62,000 bases of DNA. Origin: Octopus vulgaris. Lineage: Eukaryota. Location: assembly GCA_951406725.2 (NCBI GenBank), contig OX597834.1, positions 40,010,001 to 40,072,000 on the forward strand. Direction: 5' to 3'. Both the position numbers and the translations under genes were made by a program. How positions within the stretch are numbered: the stretch's first letter is position 1; each line of letters starts with the position of its first letter. Of this stretch, positions 25,167 through 38,519 are shown one piece after another. Under the pieces are notes generated by a model that was not told the DNA's origin, did no database searches, and saw only the letters and a program-made list of their open reading frames with translations.

Positions 25167-25677
25167 CTTGCATACTACATAGACACATATTATATACACA
25201 TACATTCATACATTTTATTAATAGCTGAAGACATGAGTAGTTCTTTATCACCCCCACCACCTCATCACACTGCAAACTGACTACCAGGTGGTGCTGTTTG
25301 ATTTAGCAGCTGAAATCTAGCGACACACACGACAATTGTCAGTCTGATAAAAACTGTCCATCCCCCCCCCCCCACAACACTCACTGAGATCTTATCTCTC
25401 AATCACTCACCCTCTCCTATCATCATCATCATCATCATTGAATGTATGTTTTGTCCATGCTGGCATGGGTTGGATGGTTTGACAGGAGCTGGCAAGTCGG
25501 AGAGCTGCACCAGTCTCCGTTTTTTTTATTTTTATATTTTGTTTATTTCATTTAGTTTCAGCTCACAAGCTGTGGCCATGCTGGGGCACCGCCTGTTTCA
25601 GCAAGGTTTCTATGGCTTCATGCCCTTCCTAATGTTACCCACCTTTACAACATGTACTGGGTTCTTTCCCTATGGAG

Positions 25678-26145
25678 CCAGCACAGGTACTTTTAATGTG
25701 GAAACAGCACAGGTGCTTTTAATGTGCCACCTGCACAGGTGCTTTTAATGTGGTACCAGGACAGGTACTTTTTATGTGGAACCAACATAGGTGCTTATGT
25801 GACACCAGCACAGGTGCTTTTTATGTGGTACCAGGACAGGTACTTTTTATGTGGAACCAACATAGGTGCTCATGTGACACCAGCACAGGTGCTTTTTATG
25901 TGGCACCAGAACAGGTGCTTTTTATGTGCCACCTGCACAGGTGATTTTTATGTGGAACCAACATAGTTGCTTACCATGTGGCCCTGACATGAATGCTTTT
26001 TATGTGGCATTGGCATGGGTGTTTTTATATGGCACCAGCACAGGTGTTTTTTATGCAGCACCTGCACAGGTGTGTTTTACATAGCAGATGCACAGGTGCT
26101 TTTTAAGTGTTACTGGCTCTGGTGTTTTTTATATGGCACCAGCAC
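25678..26145. repeat. About 26-bp unit array (CAGCACAGGTGCTTTTTATGTGGCAC-like) inside an RTE 3' end copy
   Basis: Roughly 18 diverged units with a 75-bp higher-order repeat (25751 vs 25826). The unit matches GGTGCTTTTTACGTGCCACCGGCACAGGTG at about 9347-9377. Confidence 0.85.
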
Positions 26146-27272
26146 TATCATGGTTGCCAAGTAATTTGCAAGGCAAAGATCTTTTAGTTAAGAGAGGGAG
26201 TGAAACCGAGAGAAGTTGCTGTGCACCAGGCAAGAAGTTAGAGTATGACAGAGGGACAGAGATAATTGTCTTACTATAGAGGAGATACCTGGCCAGCCTA
26301 GTAGGACAAGGAAGAAGTAAGGTAGGAGAGAGAGAGAGAGAGAGAGAAAAAGATAGAGACAGAATTTACTTAAATACACCAGTGTAACTAAGGATGGTAG
26401 TGGGCCTCCCCTGTACACTGTACCATATTTGTTATGAAATATACACATACAGATAGATGAGAGTGTATATACATATTTCTAAAATTATTACTCTTTCTTC
26501 AGTGCTACAGTCAATCTATTATCCATCCACAAACACATTGTTTAAATAACCACTAAATTCTGCAAGTAATATATTAAATGCAATCCTGGCAACAGGTACA
26601 TATGTATTAATTGCTGGCTGGGTATTTTGTTTTGCATCCATGATATATTACCAAATATGCAGAAATATACACATAAAGATAGTAGGGAGGGAGAGAGAGA
26701 GACAGAGAGAAAGAGAGAGAGAGATTACAATTTATTAATTGAAAAGGACTGACATGACCACTTTCCCTCTCCTCGTGTGCATAATGAGAGATATGCTAAC
26801 ACACATAAACAAAGAGAGAAGGACGTTAAAATATTTGTTGTCAAAAAAAAAAAAGTAATGAATCAGGGACATCAAAAAGGGCTGTGCTGAGCCTAGAACA
26901 TTTTATACCATACGTGTCCACACGGAATACTCTGTGAAATGGTTGGTAGCAGGAAAGGCATTCAGCCATAGAAACCATGCCAAAAATATAATGTTTGAGC
27001 CAGATGTAATCCGCTGATCCATTCGGAATGGAAATAAACAATAATGGGAACTGAATCAAACCAAGGTGACCTGGCCAACCCAAATCAGCATGGAAAAAAA
27101 TACTACATACACACACACATATGTATGTATAGATAAGCATATAATACACATGTGTCTATCTATTTATTTATCTATCCCTTTATCAATATATATATATATA
27201 CTATATCTATATATATAAATCTATATCTATATATATATATATATATATAATCTATATCTATATCTATAAATC

Positions 27273-27303
<31 letters not shown>

Positions 27304-27554
27304 CTCTATATGTATATTATATATATATATTGGTAGCTATAAATACAGCTAGCTATAGATTTATATAGATATAGATATATGTATATATAGACATGTTTAA
27401 AGGCAAGTAATGTATAAATAGGTATTTAGTATCAAATTTTACCAATTCTATTCGAGATTATTACATTAAGAATCACAGATGGAGACAAAAATGGAAGCAA
27501 ATGGTAGAACAAAATATAAATAACTAAGCAGAAACAGAAAACAAGAAATAGTAT

Positions 27555-27571
27555 TCAGGAATTAGACAGAG

Positions 27572-27629
<58 letters not shown>

Positions 27630-27667
27630 TAATAATGATAATAATAATAACAACAATAATAATAATG

Positions 27668-27707
<40 letters not shown>

Positions 27708-27745
27708 TAATAATGATAATAATAATAACAACAATAATAATAATG

Positions 27746-27782
<37 letters not shown>

Positions 27783-27875
27783 TAATAATGATAATAATAA
27801 TAACAACAATAATAATAATGATAATAATAATGATAATAATAATAATAACAACAACAATAATAATAATAATAATGA
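27555..27875. repeat. (AAT)n microsatellite with regular AAC/GAT variants
   Basis: Directly visible. Confidence 0.95.
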
Positions 27876-28005
27876 TAAATTTCATTGACTTCTTTTTGGT
27901 TTTGTTTTGGTTAACATATATCGATTCCTGACTTAATAACAATAATAATAAAATTCTGATCTTTCCTATTTTCATCTTCAAAAGCAATTTGTAGATCAAA
28001 AAGAA

Positions 28006-28058
<53 letters not shown>

Positions 28059-28258
28059 CACACACACACATTACATACACGCACACACACACATATATAT
28101 ATACACATACATACATACACACACATATACACAGACAATATATATATACATACACACATATAAACAGACACTATACATACATACATACATACATACATAC
28201 ATACATACATACATACATACATACATACATACATACATACATACATACATACATACAT

Positions 28259-28324
<66 letters not shown>

Positions 28325-28396
28325 TCAGAATTAAAGAAGAGAACAATCGGATATGAAAAAAAGAAGAAGTGAGAATATAGGAATGCATTGAAATAC

Positions 28397-28568
28397 CGAA
28401 ACGAGGAATTAATGAGTTAGCACCATAGAAAAGTACAGAATTTAACTGTGAAACTATAGAGTCAGAGTTAGATTCTTGGAGTAGATAATGAGTTTCATAA
28501 ATGGTTTCACCTTTGACATGATCTACAGCCAGTTTGCAGACACATCTCGACCAATCTATTAGTGCCAT
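28397..28568 (-). CDS. Candidate exon MALIDWSRCVCKLAVDHVKGETIYETHYLLQESNSDSIVSQLNSVLFYGANSLIPRF
   Basis: CCCCTCAG acceptor, a single open frame of 57 codons and a G|GTATTT donor. Confidence 0.25.
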
Positions 28569-28709
28569 CTGAGGGGTTGAGAGTAATCCCCACCCCCAAG
28601 ATCAACATGGCCCAACGATAGGAGAAGAGAGACCCCCCCAACATAATAACTGGTACCTATTATGACTACATAATGACCTTCATTGAGCAACAACCAACAT
28701 AAAGCGACA

Positions 28710-29525
28710 TGACCACCACCACCACTACCAGTGCCATCATCACCAACACCGCCACCAAAATAATGTTGCCACCAACACCAGTACCACAACCAAAACTACT
28801 GTCACCACCGCCACCACCAACGCCACCACCACCACCAATACCAGCGACAACAACACTATCACCACCACCACCACCACCAATACCAGTGACACCACCAGTG
28901 CCATCATCAACACTGCCACCGAAGCAATGCTAACACCACCACCAACAGCACCAATACTGCCAATACTGCCATGACCAACACTCCTGTCACCACCTTCAAC
29001 ACCACCACCACTGCACCACCACCACCACTGCACCACCACCACCAACACTGCCAACACCACCATGACCAACACTCCTGTCACCACCTTCACCACCACCACT
29101 GCACTCACCACCACCACTGCACTCACCACCACCACCACTGCACTCACCACCACCACTGCACTCACCACCACCACTGCACTCACCACCACCACTGCACTCA
29201 CCACCACCACCACCAATACCAACACTGCCAATGCTACCATGACCAACACTACTGTCACCACCTTCACCACCACCACCACCAGCGCCATCACCACCACCAA
29301 CACCATCACCAAAAGCACCACCACCAGCACCAACACTACCACTAGTATTACCAACGCCACCACCAACACCATCTCCACCACCACCACTACCAACGACAAC
29401 AACACTATCACCACCAACACCACCACCACCCACACCGCCGTCAACATCAACACCACAAGCGACATCACCAACACGATCACCACCACCACCACTACACCAC
29501 CACCAACAACAACAACAACAATGTA
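28710..29525. repeat. (ACC)n-derived low-complexity tract with internal duplications
   Basis: ATGACCAACACT(C/A)CTGTCACCACCTTCA recurs at about 28971, 29062 and 29240; CACCACCACTGCACT is repeated. Confidence 0.9.
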
Positions 29526-29922
29526 GCAGGGTGGAAAAGGCAATGAACTTAATTAGCGTTGAGGAAAAATAAAAAAACAGTAATCAACGGATGTGGAATA
29601 TGGCAAAGATATATTTCTGGCAAGGCGCTGTATAATGGCACTTTTATGGTTATGGAGACTGATAGCATGGTGATGCACCAGTCTAACACATGCAGCTGCA
29701 CATGGATTCTGACGTTAAGAGCATAATCAGTTTGAAGGTGGAACCAGGAAGACTTCGTTAAACTCACTATCTCGTTACAATTGGAATCTTTGATAGTGCC
29801 TGCCAACATAAATATTCTCTCTTTAGGCACACACTTGCATCAGCCACATGTACATACACATACATAGTTGTGTATGTATGTATATATATGTATGTGTGTG
29901 TGTATATGTATATATATGTATA

Positions 29923-29953
<31 letters not shown>

Positions 29954-29959
29954 GTGTGT

Positions 29960-29989
<30 letters not shown>

Positions 29990-29990
<1 letters not shown>

Positions 29991-30350
29991 CACAAACATA
30001 TATATACATATTTAAACACACATACACACACACATATATATACATATTTAAACACACATCTATAAATATATACACACATATTTAAACTCACATCTATATA
30101 TATATATACACACATATACATATTTAAACAGGCATCTATATATATATACACACACACAAACACACACATATATATACACATTTAAACACATATCTATATA
30201 CATACACACACATATATTTAAACACATCTATACACACATACATATATTTAAACACACATCTACATATATATATATACACACATACATATTTAAACACATC
30301 TATACACATATATATACACACATATTTAAACACTTCTATATATATATACA
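29990..30350. repeat. Compound repeat with recurring CATATTTAAACAC units in CA/TA tracts
   Basis: Directly visible. Confidence 0.8.
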
Positions 30351-30489
30351 CACACACACACATGTATGTGATTACATACACTTACACATATATGACTGTG
30401 TATACAGGACTATACAAACATATACTTTCAAATATATATATGTATATTTATAGATACATATACAAAAACATATACATGTGTGTGTGTGA

Positions 30490-30540
<51 letters not shown>

Positions 30541-30992
30541 TACACATATACACACATATATATACATGTCTGTGTGTATACATATACAAACACAAACACA
30601 CCTATACAGGTACATACACACATGCTCATTAAGATACATAGTATATATATGTACACACACACACACACCTGTCTCTGCATGTATGGGATGGTGGTGTCGA
30701 CGTTAAATACCTGGTGTATTTGTTTAAAATAATAAAATCTAAAATGATAAAAAAAATGCTAAACAATATGTTACCAAGGTAACGTAATTAGAGGTAGGGG
30801 GACGGGGGGTTTGTAGAGAGATTACTAAAGGGGCTTTTTTTATGGTATTCCTGTTTGCTTCCCAACCACATGGTTTTAGGTTCAATCCCACTGCGTGGCA
30901 CCGTGGGTAAGGGTCTTCTACTGTAGCCTTGGGCTAAACAAAGCCTTGTGGGTGGATTTGGTAGATGGAAACTGAAAGAAGACCATCATATA

Positions 30993-31039
<47 letters not shown>

Positions 31040-31302
31040 TTATGTGTGTCCCTGTGTCAGTATTTGTTTCCCCCAACACCACCCTCGCATGATAACTGAT
31101 GGTGGTGCGTTTACGTCTCTGTAACTTAGCAATTCAGCAAAAGAGGCCGATAGAATAAGTACTAGACTTACAAAGAATAAGTCCTGGGGTCGATTTCTTC
31201 AACTAGAACCCTTTAAGGCAATGCTTCAACATGGCCACAGTCAAATGACTGAAAAAACAAAAGAATAAAATTGATATGCAGTTGATTGACAGAATATTTC
31301 TG

Positions 31303-31544
31303 AAGTAATCTGGATAAAGATTTACCTATCCATAAGTAATTTGAATAAAGACTTACCTATCCATAAGTAATTTGAATAAAGACTTACCTATCCATAAGTA
31401 ATTTGAATAAAGATTTACCTATCTGTAAGTAATTTGAATAAAGACTTACCTATTCATAAGTAATTTGAATAAAGACTTACCTATCCATAAGTAATTTGAA
31501 TAAAGACTTACCTATTCTTAAGTAATTTGGATAAAGATTTACTG
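31303..31544. repeat. 31-bp minisatellite, about 7.8 copies
   Basis: AAGTAATTTGAATAAAGACTTACCTATCCAT with an exact 31-bp period. Confidence 0.95.
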
Positions 31545-31588
31545 AGATTGCTACAGTAGACGGAATGTGTGTGTATGTATGTATGTAT

Positions 31589-31619
<31 letters not shown>

Positions 31620-31644
31620 ATATATATATATATATATACGGGGA

Positions 31645-31850
31645 GCTTTATGAAAATAAACAAAAGACGAAGGCAGGTGGAATACAAACAAACAATTGTA
31701 TTAGTATGGCGCTCAGGAATATAAATAAAACAAGTCTTTTACGTTTCGAGCCTACGCACTCTTCAACAGAAAGATACACAGAAAAGAAACACGGAGAGAA
31801 ACAAGGAGAGAAAAAAAATTGCGTGCAGAAGCTAGCGAATCAACATGGCG
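31645..31850 (-). mobile_element. PLE-like repeat with hammerhead-like motif, copy 3 (motif 31735-31774)
   Basis: The minus strand reads tctttCTGTTGAagagtgcgtaggctcGAAACGTAaaaga. Confidence 0.55.
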
Positions 31851-32175
31851 ATCTATATATATATGGCGATATATATATGATATTTATTTGTGTGCGTCAT
31901 TGTGTTTGTGTTTGTCCTCCATCACCACCACTGCTTGACAACTAGTGTTGGTGTGTTTGTGTCCTGGTAACTTAACAGTTTAGCAAAAGAGACCAACAGA
32001 ATAAGTATCAGGTTAAAAAAAAATAAGTATGGCAGGCGGGGGTGGTGGTGGGGGGTCACTTCGTTTGACTAAGATCAAGGTGGTGCCCCAGCACAGCCAC
32101 AGTCTAATGACTGAAACAAGCAAAAGACTGAGAATATATACCACCCAACGTGTGGTACACCATTCACCTGTTCAG

Positions 32176-32203
32176 GTATTGTCGATTTGATGGAGAGAGT
32201 AAG
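32176..32203 (+). CDS. Candidate 28-nt microexon
   Basis: CATTCACCTGTTCAG acceptor and AAG|GTAATG donor. Two frames are open (YCRFDGESK or IVDLMERV). Confidence 0.25.
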
Positions 32204-32527
32204 GTAATGAGTGGTACAAACATTTGACCCCTATGAACAATTCATAGGTGCAGGTCATTTGACTAATGCTAAACGCTCATATATCGTCTTTGACAGGAGA
32301 ATCCATCACATATATATATATATGTATATATAAATGTGAGAAGGCATTCTAAATGTAACAGATATCTCTTTGAAGCCAGTTCCAAAGACAGCTTTATAAC
32401 TGGCAAAACCCAGTAAATATTTTCTTCTTATCAGCAAAAATATTAATTATCATAAATATAAAAAAAAAGCATTTTTGGCTCATAAATTATTAGCAATATT
32501 CCTTTGGTGGTTAGAATATTTATGTAG

Positions 32528-32624
32528 TTTGAAGATCCATCTGGTTTGCAGTGGAGAGAGTACAAGGAATTGGTTAAAGCAATCTGTGGCCCTGGCAACA
32601 ATCATGCTCAGATGTGCTTTTAAG
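32528..32624 (+). CDS. Candidate exon with two plausible frames
   Basis: TTTATGTAG acceptor. It reads FEDPSGLQWREYKELVKAICGPGNNHAQMCF* or LKIHLVCSGESTRNWLKQSVALATIMLRCAFK, the latter ending at AAG|GTTCCA. Confidence 0.35.
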
Positions 32625-32689
32625 GTTCCACTGGTACAAGAGTCAATCATGTGGTACTGTCATTGGCCCCATCAGCGATTTTATATATT

Positions 32690-33160
32690 ACTACTTTTCT
32701 ACAGAGTTAGTTTTATGTGTAACTGCTGCTTCTACAGTACCAGTTGTATGAATACAGTGTGTTCTTTAGCATTTACATACCTTGCTTACTACTTATGCAG
32801 AGCCACTTGTATGAACATCATGTAACTACTACCTCTACAGAGCCACTTGTATGAACATTGTGTAACTGTTACTTCTGCAGAGTCTGTTGTATGAACATAA
32901 TGTAACTACTACCTATACAGATTCACTTGTATGAACATCCTGTAACTGTTACTCCTACAGAGCCAGTTGTATGAACATCACGTAACTGCTTTTACAGAGC
33001 CAGTTGTATGAATAGTGCAACTGTTACTTCTGCAGAGCCACTTGTATGAACACGGTGTAACTGCTCTTACAGAGCCACTTGTATGAACACAGTACTTTAA
33101 CATTACATACCTGTTACTTCTACAGAGCCAGTTGCATGAATACGCTGTGTTATGTAACTC
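32690..33160. repeat. About 40-bp minisatellite, about 11 copies
   Basis: CAGAGCCACTTGTATGAACATCATGTAACTACTACCTCTA; CAG at 32798, 32838, 32878, 32918 and 32958. Confidence 0.92.
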
Positions 33161-33353
33161 TTTTACTTGTTTCAGTCATTTGACCATGACCATGCTGGAC
33201 CACCACCTTAAAGGGTTTCAGTCAAAGAAATTTACCCCAGGACTTATTCTTTGTAAGTCTTGTACATATGTTATCAGTCTCTTTTTTGCTGAGCCACTAA
33301 GTTACGGGGATGTAAACACACTAACATCGGTTGTCAAGTGATGGTTTGGGAGA

Positions 33354-33393
<40 letters not shown>

Positions 33394-34179
33394 ACAGGCT
33401 TCTTACAGTTTCCATCTGTTTCCATCTACTAAATCCACTCACAAGGCTTTGGTCAACTCACAAGGCTATAGAAGAAAACACTAACCCAAGGTGCCACACA
33501 GTGAGACTGAACCTGGAACCATGTGGTTTAGAAGCACTAACTTACCAACTTCACCATGCAACATTTTGAATCAGATTCTACAAAAACAAAGCTGCTTCAT
33601 CTGCTTCTGAAATTCCATCTAACAACACGGACATCATTCTGCTATTCACCATTATGCAAATTAAGCTCCTCGTTTGAGTCACTTTCACAATGACAGTCAC
33701 ACTATCCCAGTGTTAACACAATCAAACACACCTGTTCTTCTCACCTGATCTATTTGCATACAGTCAATTGCATGGGGTTAATACAGGTGTAAGAGATTGA
33801 AACCAAGGAAAATGGCCAACACTTTGGATATTGATCAGCCATAACTTGCAGTTATTTAATTTGGATAACTTTACTTTCAGATACGCTTTAACACTCACTG
33901 ATTTGCTATTCTGTTTTATTTTTTAATCACTGCCATCGTTATTGTTGTTGTTGTTGTTGTTGTTGTCGTCATTCCCACCATCATAGATCTCGTCATAATC
34001 ACCATCATCATCATCATCATCGTGATCATCATTCTCACCATCATCATTACCCATCACCGCCCCATCATCATCACAATTATTTTCACCATCATCATAAGTA
34101 TCACTGTATAGCTTTGTGTGTGTGTGTGTGTGTATATATGTATATATATAATCACCATCATCATGTGCTAGTGTGTATA

Positions 34180-34228
<49 letters not shown>

Positions 34229-34274
34229 TATATATATATATAATCACCATCATCAGCATGTGCTTGTGTGTATA

Positions 34275-34306
<32 letters not shown>

Positions 34307-34749
34307 ATAATCACCATCATTATGTGCTTGTGTATATATGTGTGTGTGTGTATCACCACCATCATCATCATTATTATTTTTATTCTCATCACCATCATCA
34401 CAATCAACATTGTCATAATCAACATCATTTTCATTCCCATCATCATCATCATCAGCACTATCATCTTCACCACCACCACCTCAATCATCATCATCATCGT
34501 CATCCTCTCCGATGGCCACCACTATTGCTATCGAATAACACAAGCACAGACAGACCTACTCATTCCGACTACAATATTAATGTCCACTCTCTCTCCAAAC
34601 AACTCACCCCCAACACTACAAAAGTCACACCTTGTTAATAAATAATACAGTTTCTATCAGATTAGTTCTTATTTCACCATTAAAACCATTCCTTCCATGG
34701 CCACTACCACTACATATTTGCACATATTTGCATATACATAAACACACAC

Positions 34750-35470
34750 AGACACACACACGTTAAACACATGCATACACACACACCTCATCCTGCCATT
34801 CTCCTCCGTTCCCTCCATGACCATTACCCCTACACATACACATCTGAACATACATGCATGCACACGTGCACACACACACACCTCATCCTGCCATTCCTTC
34901 CATGACCACCATCACTGCACACACACACATTCTCCTCCGTTCCCTCCATGACCATTGCCACTACACATACACATCTGAACATACTTGCATGCACACATGT
35001 ACACACACACCTCATCCTGCCATTCCTTCCATGACCACCATCACTGCATATACACACACATACACACACACACACACATTCTCCTCCGTTCCCTCCATGA
35101 CCATTGCCCCTACACATACACATCTGAACATACATGCATGCACACGTGCACACACATACACACCTCATCCTGCCATTCCTTCCATGACCACCATCACTGC
35201 ATATGCACACACACATTCTCCTCCGTTCCCTCCATGACCATTGCCACTACACATACACATCTGAACATACATGCATGTACACATGCACACACACCTCATC
35301 CTGCCATTCCTTCCATGACCACCATCACTGCATATGCACACACACACACATTCTCCTCCGTTCCCTCCATGACCATTGCCACTACATATACATGTCTGAA
35401 CATACATACATGCACACACACACACACACACATGCATGCATACACACACCTACTTCTACCAGTCTTTTGA
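34750..35470. repeat. Compound tandem repeat, about 5-6 units of about 95-150 bp
   Basis: CCTCATCCTGCCATTCCTTCCATGACC..TTCTCCTCCGTTCCCTCCATGACCATTGCC..CATCTGAACATAC recurs with variable (CA)n linkers. Confidence 0.92.
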
Positions 35471-36159
35471 TGACCACCCTCACTGCACATGACATTCCCT
35501 CCATGACCACCACAACTACACCATGCATGCACATGCACAAAGAAACACCTGCTTGTTCATTCCTTCCATAGTAACCACTACATATATCTATCTATCCCCC
35601 TATCTCTTCTACCCACCACACACACACACCTATTCTTCCATTCCTACCACGACCACCACCACCACACTCAAATCTTTTCAATTCTTTATGGCCAGCACAT
35701 ACAAAACTTTTCTATTCTCTTTGTAACCACACACACACACACACACACACACTTCCAACCCTATCACAACATACTCCTTTCCTTCCATAGCAACCACCAC
35801 TGCCACCACCACACTACCACGCATATTTCAGTAAGAGATATAAAACACATGACCTGAATGAATGCCTCTACTTCTTTAGTCTTCCCCGGAGAGAAGTAAC
35901 AGACTTTGTGTTTCACTAAAATAAACTTTCGTCAGGTGAAATATAGCAGATATACACATCACCTTTAGCTGGGTGTAAACATGTGCAAATGTATATTGGT
36001 GCATGCAGGTGTGTGTGTGTGTGTGTGTGTGCATAGGCATGTAGTGTGTATTTATGTTTGTACATGTGTCTTCATGTGGGCATATGTATGTGTGTGTGTG
36101 TGTATACACATATATATATCTCAAAATGAGCAACAAGGATATCCAGAGGTAATTTTTTA

Positions 36160-36547
<388 letters not shown>

Positions 36548-36951
36548 TAGATAGATAGATAGATAGACACACAGACTGACAGACAGACAGACAGACAGAT
36601 CACCTATACATGTCTGTATGCATGTGCATGTATGTGTGTGCATATGTATATGTGTGTTCATGTTTCCACATGTGTTTGTGTGTGTGTTTGTGTACATATG
36701 TACAAGAGTATGAGAGTGTATAATATATATATATATATATATATACTCACACACACACACACACAAACATATATATATATATATGAGCATGTTCCTATGA
36801 TGTATGCCTGCTTGTATGTGCATGTATGTATGCATTCTATGTATGCATGCATATAACTGCATATATGTGTTTGGCCAGACTGAACGCAACAAATGGTTGG
36901 GTCAGTAGTCTGGGTGGGGGTAGGGGTTAGAATGCTGGTATTGATATTTAG

Positions 36952-37157
36952 ATATCACTGAAAATACCACTGGAGTACACATCAACTATACCACCAGCAG
37001 GACCATATATGGAATGGTTGTCTACAAAATAAAAGGCAGACACACTGAATACCAACAAATCATGTGCCCCACAGCTGTGTCCTCTCCTTCTATCAGCGAT
37101 ACCACTACTAGAACTATTTATGAAATGCCTGTCCACCCAATAAACAAATCTCCATAG
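36952..37157 (+). CDS. Candidate coding segment with an internal peptide repeat
   Basis: TGATATTTAG acceptor and a 67-codon open frame containing TTSRTIYGMVVY and TTTRTIYEMPVH. It ends at a TAG that coincides with a SINE 5' end; no good donor was seen. Confidence 0.35.
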
Positions 37158-38347
37158 GAGTGGTTGTGTGGTAAGAAGCTTGCTTCCCAACCACATGGTT
37201 CCAGGTTCAGTCCCACTGTGTGGCACCTTGGGCAAGTGTCCTCTACTATAGCCTTGGGTCGACCAAAGCCTTGTGAGTGAATTAGGTAGACGGAAACTGA
37301 AAAGAAGCCTGTCGTGTGTGTGTGTGTGTTTGTGTCTGTGCTTGTCCTCTCAGTACAGCTTGATAGCCAGTGTTGTGTTTACGTCCCCATAACTTAGCGG
37401 TTCAGCAAAAGAGACTAACAGAATAAGTAAAGTACCAGGCTTAGAAAAAAACAAGTACTAAGAATGCAAGGGTGTGCCCCAGCATGGCCACCGTCTTTGA
37501 CTGAAACAAATAAAAGATTGAAGATAAGAGCAGATGTGACTATGGGGTAAGAAGCTTGCTTTCCAACCACATGGTTCCAGGTTCAGTCCCACTGTGTGGC
37601 ACCCTGGGCAAGTGTCTTCTGCAGTCTCGGGCCTATGAAAACCTTATGAGAGGATTTGGCAGATGTAAACTGAAAGAAGTCTATTGCGTGTGTATGTATG
37701 TATATATATTTCTTTACTACCCACAAGGGGCTAAACACAGAGAGGACAAACAAGGACAGACAAACGGATTAAGTCGATTACATCGACCCCAGTGCGTAAC
37801 TGGTACTTAATTTATCGACCCCGAAAGGATGAAAGGCAAAGTCGCCCTCGGCGGAATTTGAACTCAGAACGTAGCGGCAGACAAAATACCGCAAAGCATT
37901 TCGCCCGGCGTGCTAACGTTTCTGCCAGCTCATCGCTTTATGTATGTATATATATATATATGTGTGTGTGTGTATGTGTTTATCTCCCATCACTTCTTGA
38001 CAACTGGTGTTGGCGTATTTATGTCTTTGTAACTCAGTGGTTCAGCAAAAGAGATTGATAAAATAAGTACATGTAAGTGTGTGTGCATGCGTGCATGCAA
38101 ACGTATAAGTGTGTGTGTATCCTTGTCAAATGAAGATATCACATGATGGTTGTAAACAAGCATCACCATCATACAAGCAGTGTAGTTGGCCATGAGGAAA
38201 TATTTCCTTGCTTGGAAACAGGGAGAGGTTGGTGAAAGAAAGAGCAGCCAGCCGTAGAAAAATCTACTTCAATAAACTCAATAAACTCTGTCTAGCCCAT
38301 GCAAGTATGGAAAAAAGGATAATATGGTGTTGATGATGATGATGATG

Positions 38348-38389
<42 letters not shown>

Positions 38390-38474
38390 CACATATAGAG
38401 AAGAGAGATGTACATACACACATGTACATCTTATTAGTAAGCAATACTTAGATGGACGAATGAACAGCTATGCA

Positions 38475-38519
<45 letters not shown>

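Noticed and set aside
28740-29543. Mucin-like Thr-rich and Val/Gly-rich ORFs
   Set aside because: Products of (ACC)n low-complexity DNA; repeat units switch frames and I saw no convincing splice sites. Not fully excluded without RNA data.
29549-29830. 93-codon minus-strand ORF in unique sequence, and a plus-frame DVEYGKDIFLARRC resembling the cytochrome c N-terminus
   Set aside because: No good donor, and a few ORFs of this length are expected by chance. The cytochrome-like string lacks CxxCH and is flanked by stops.
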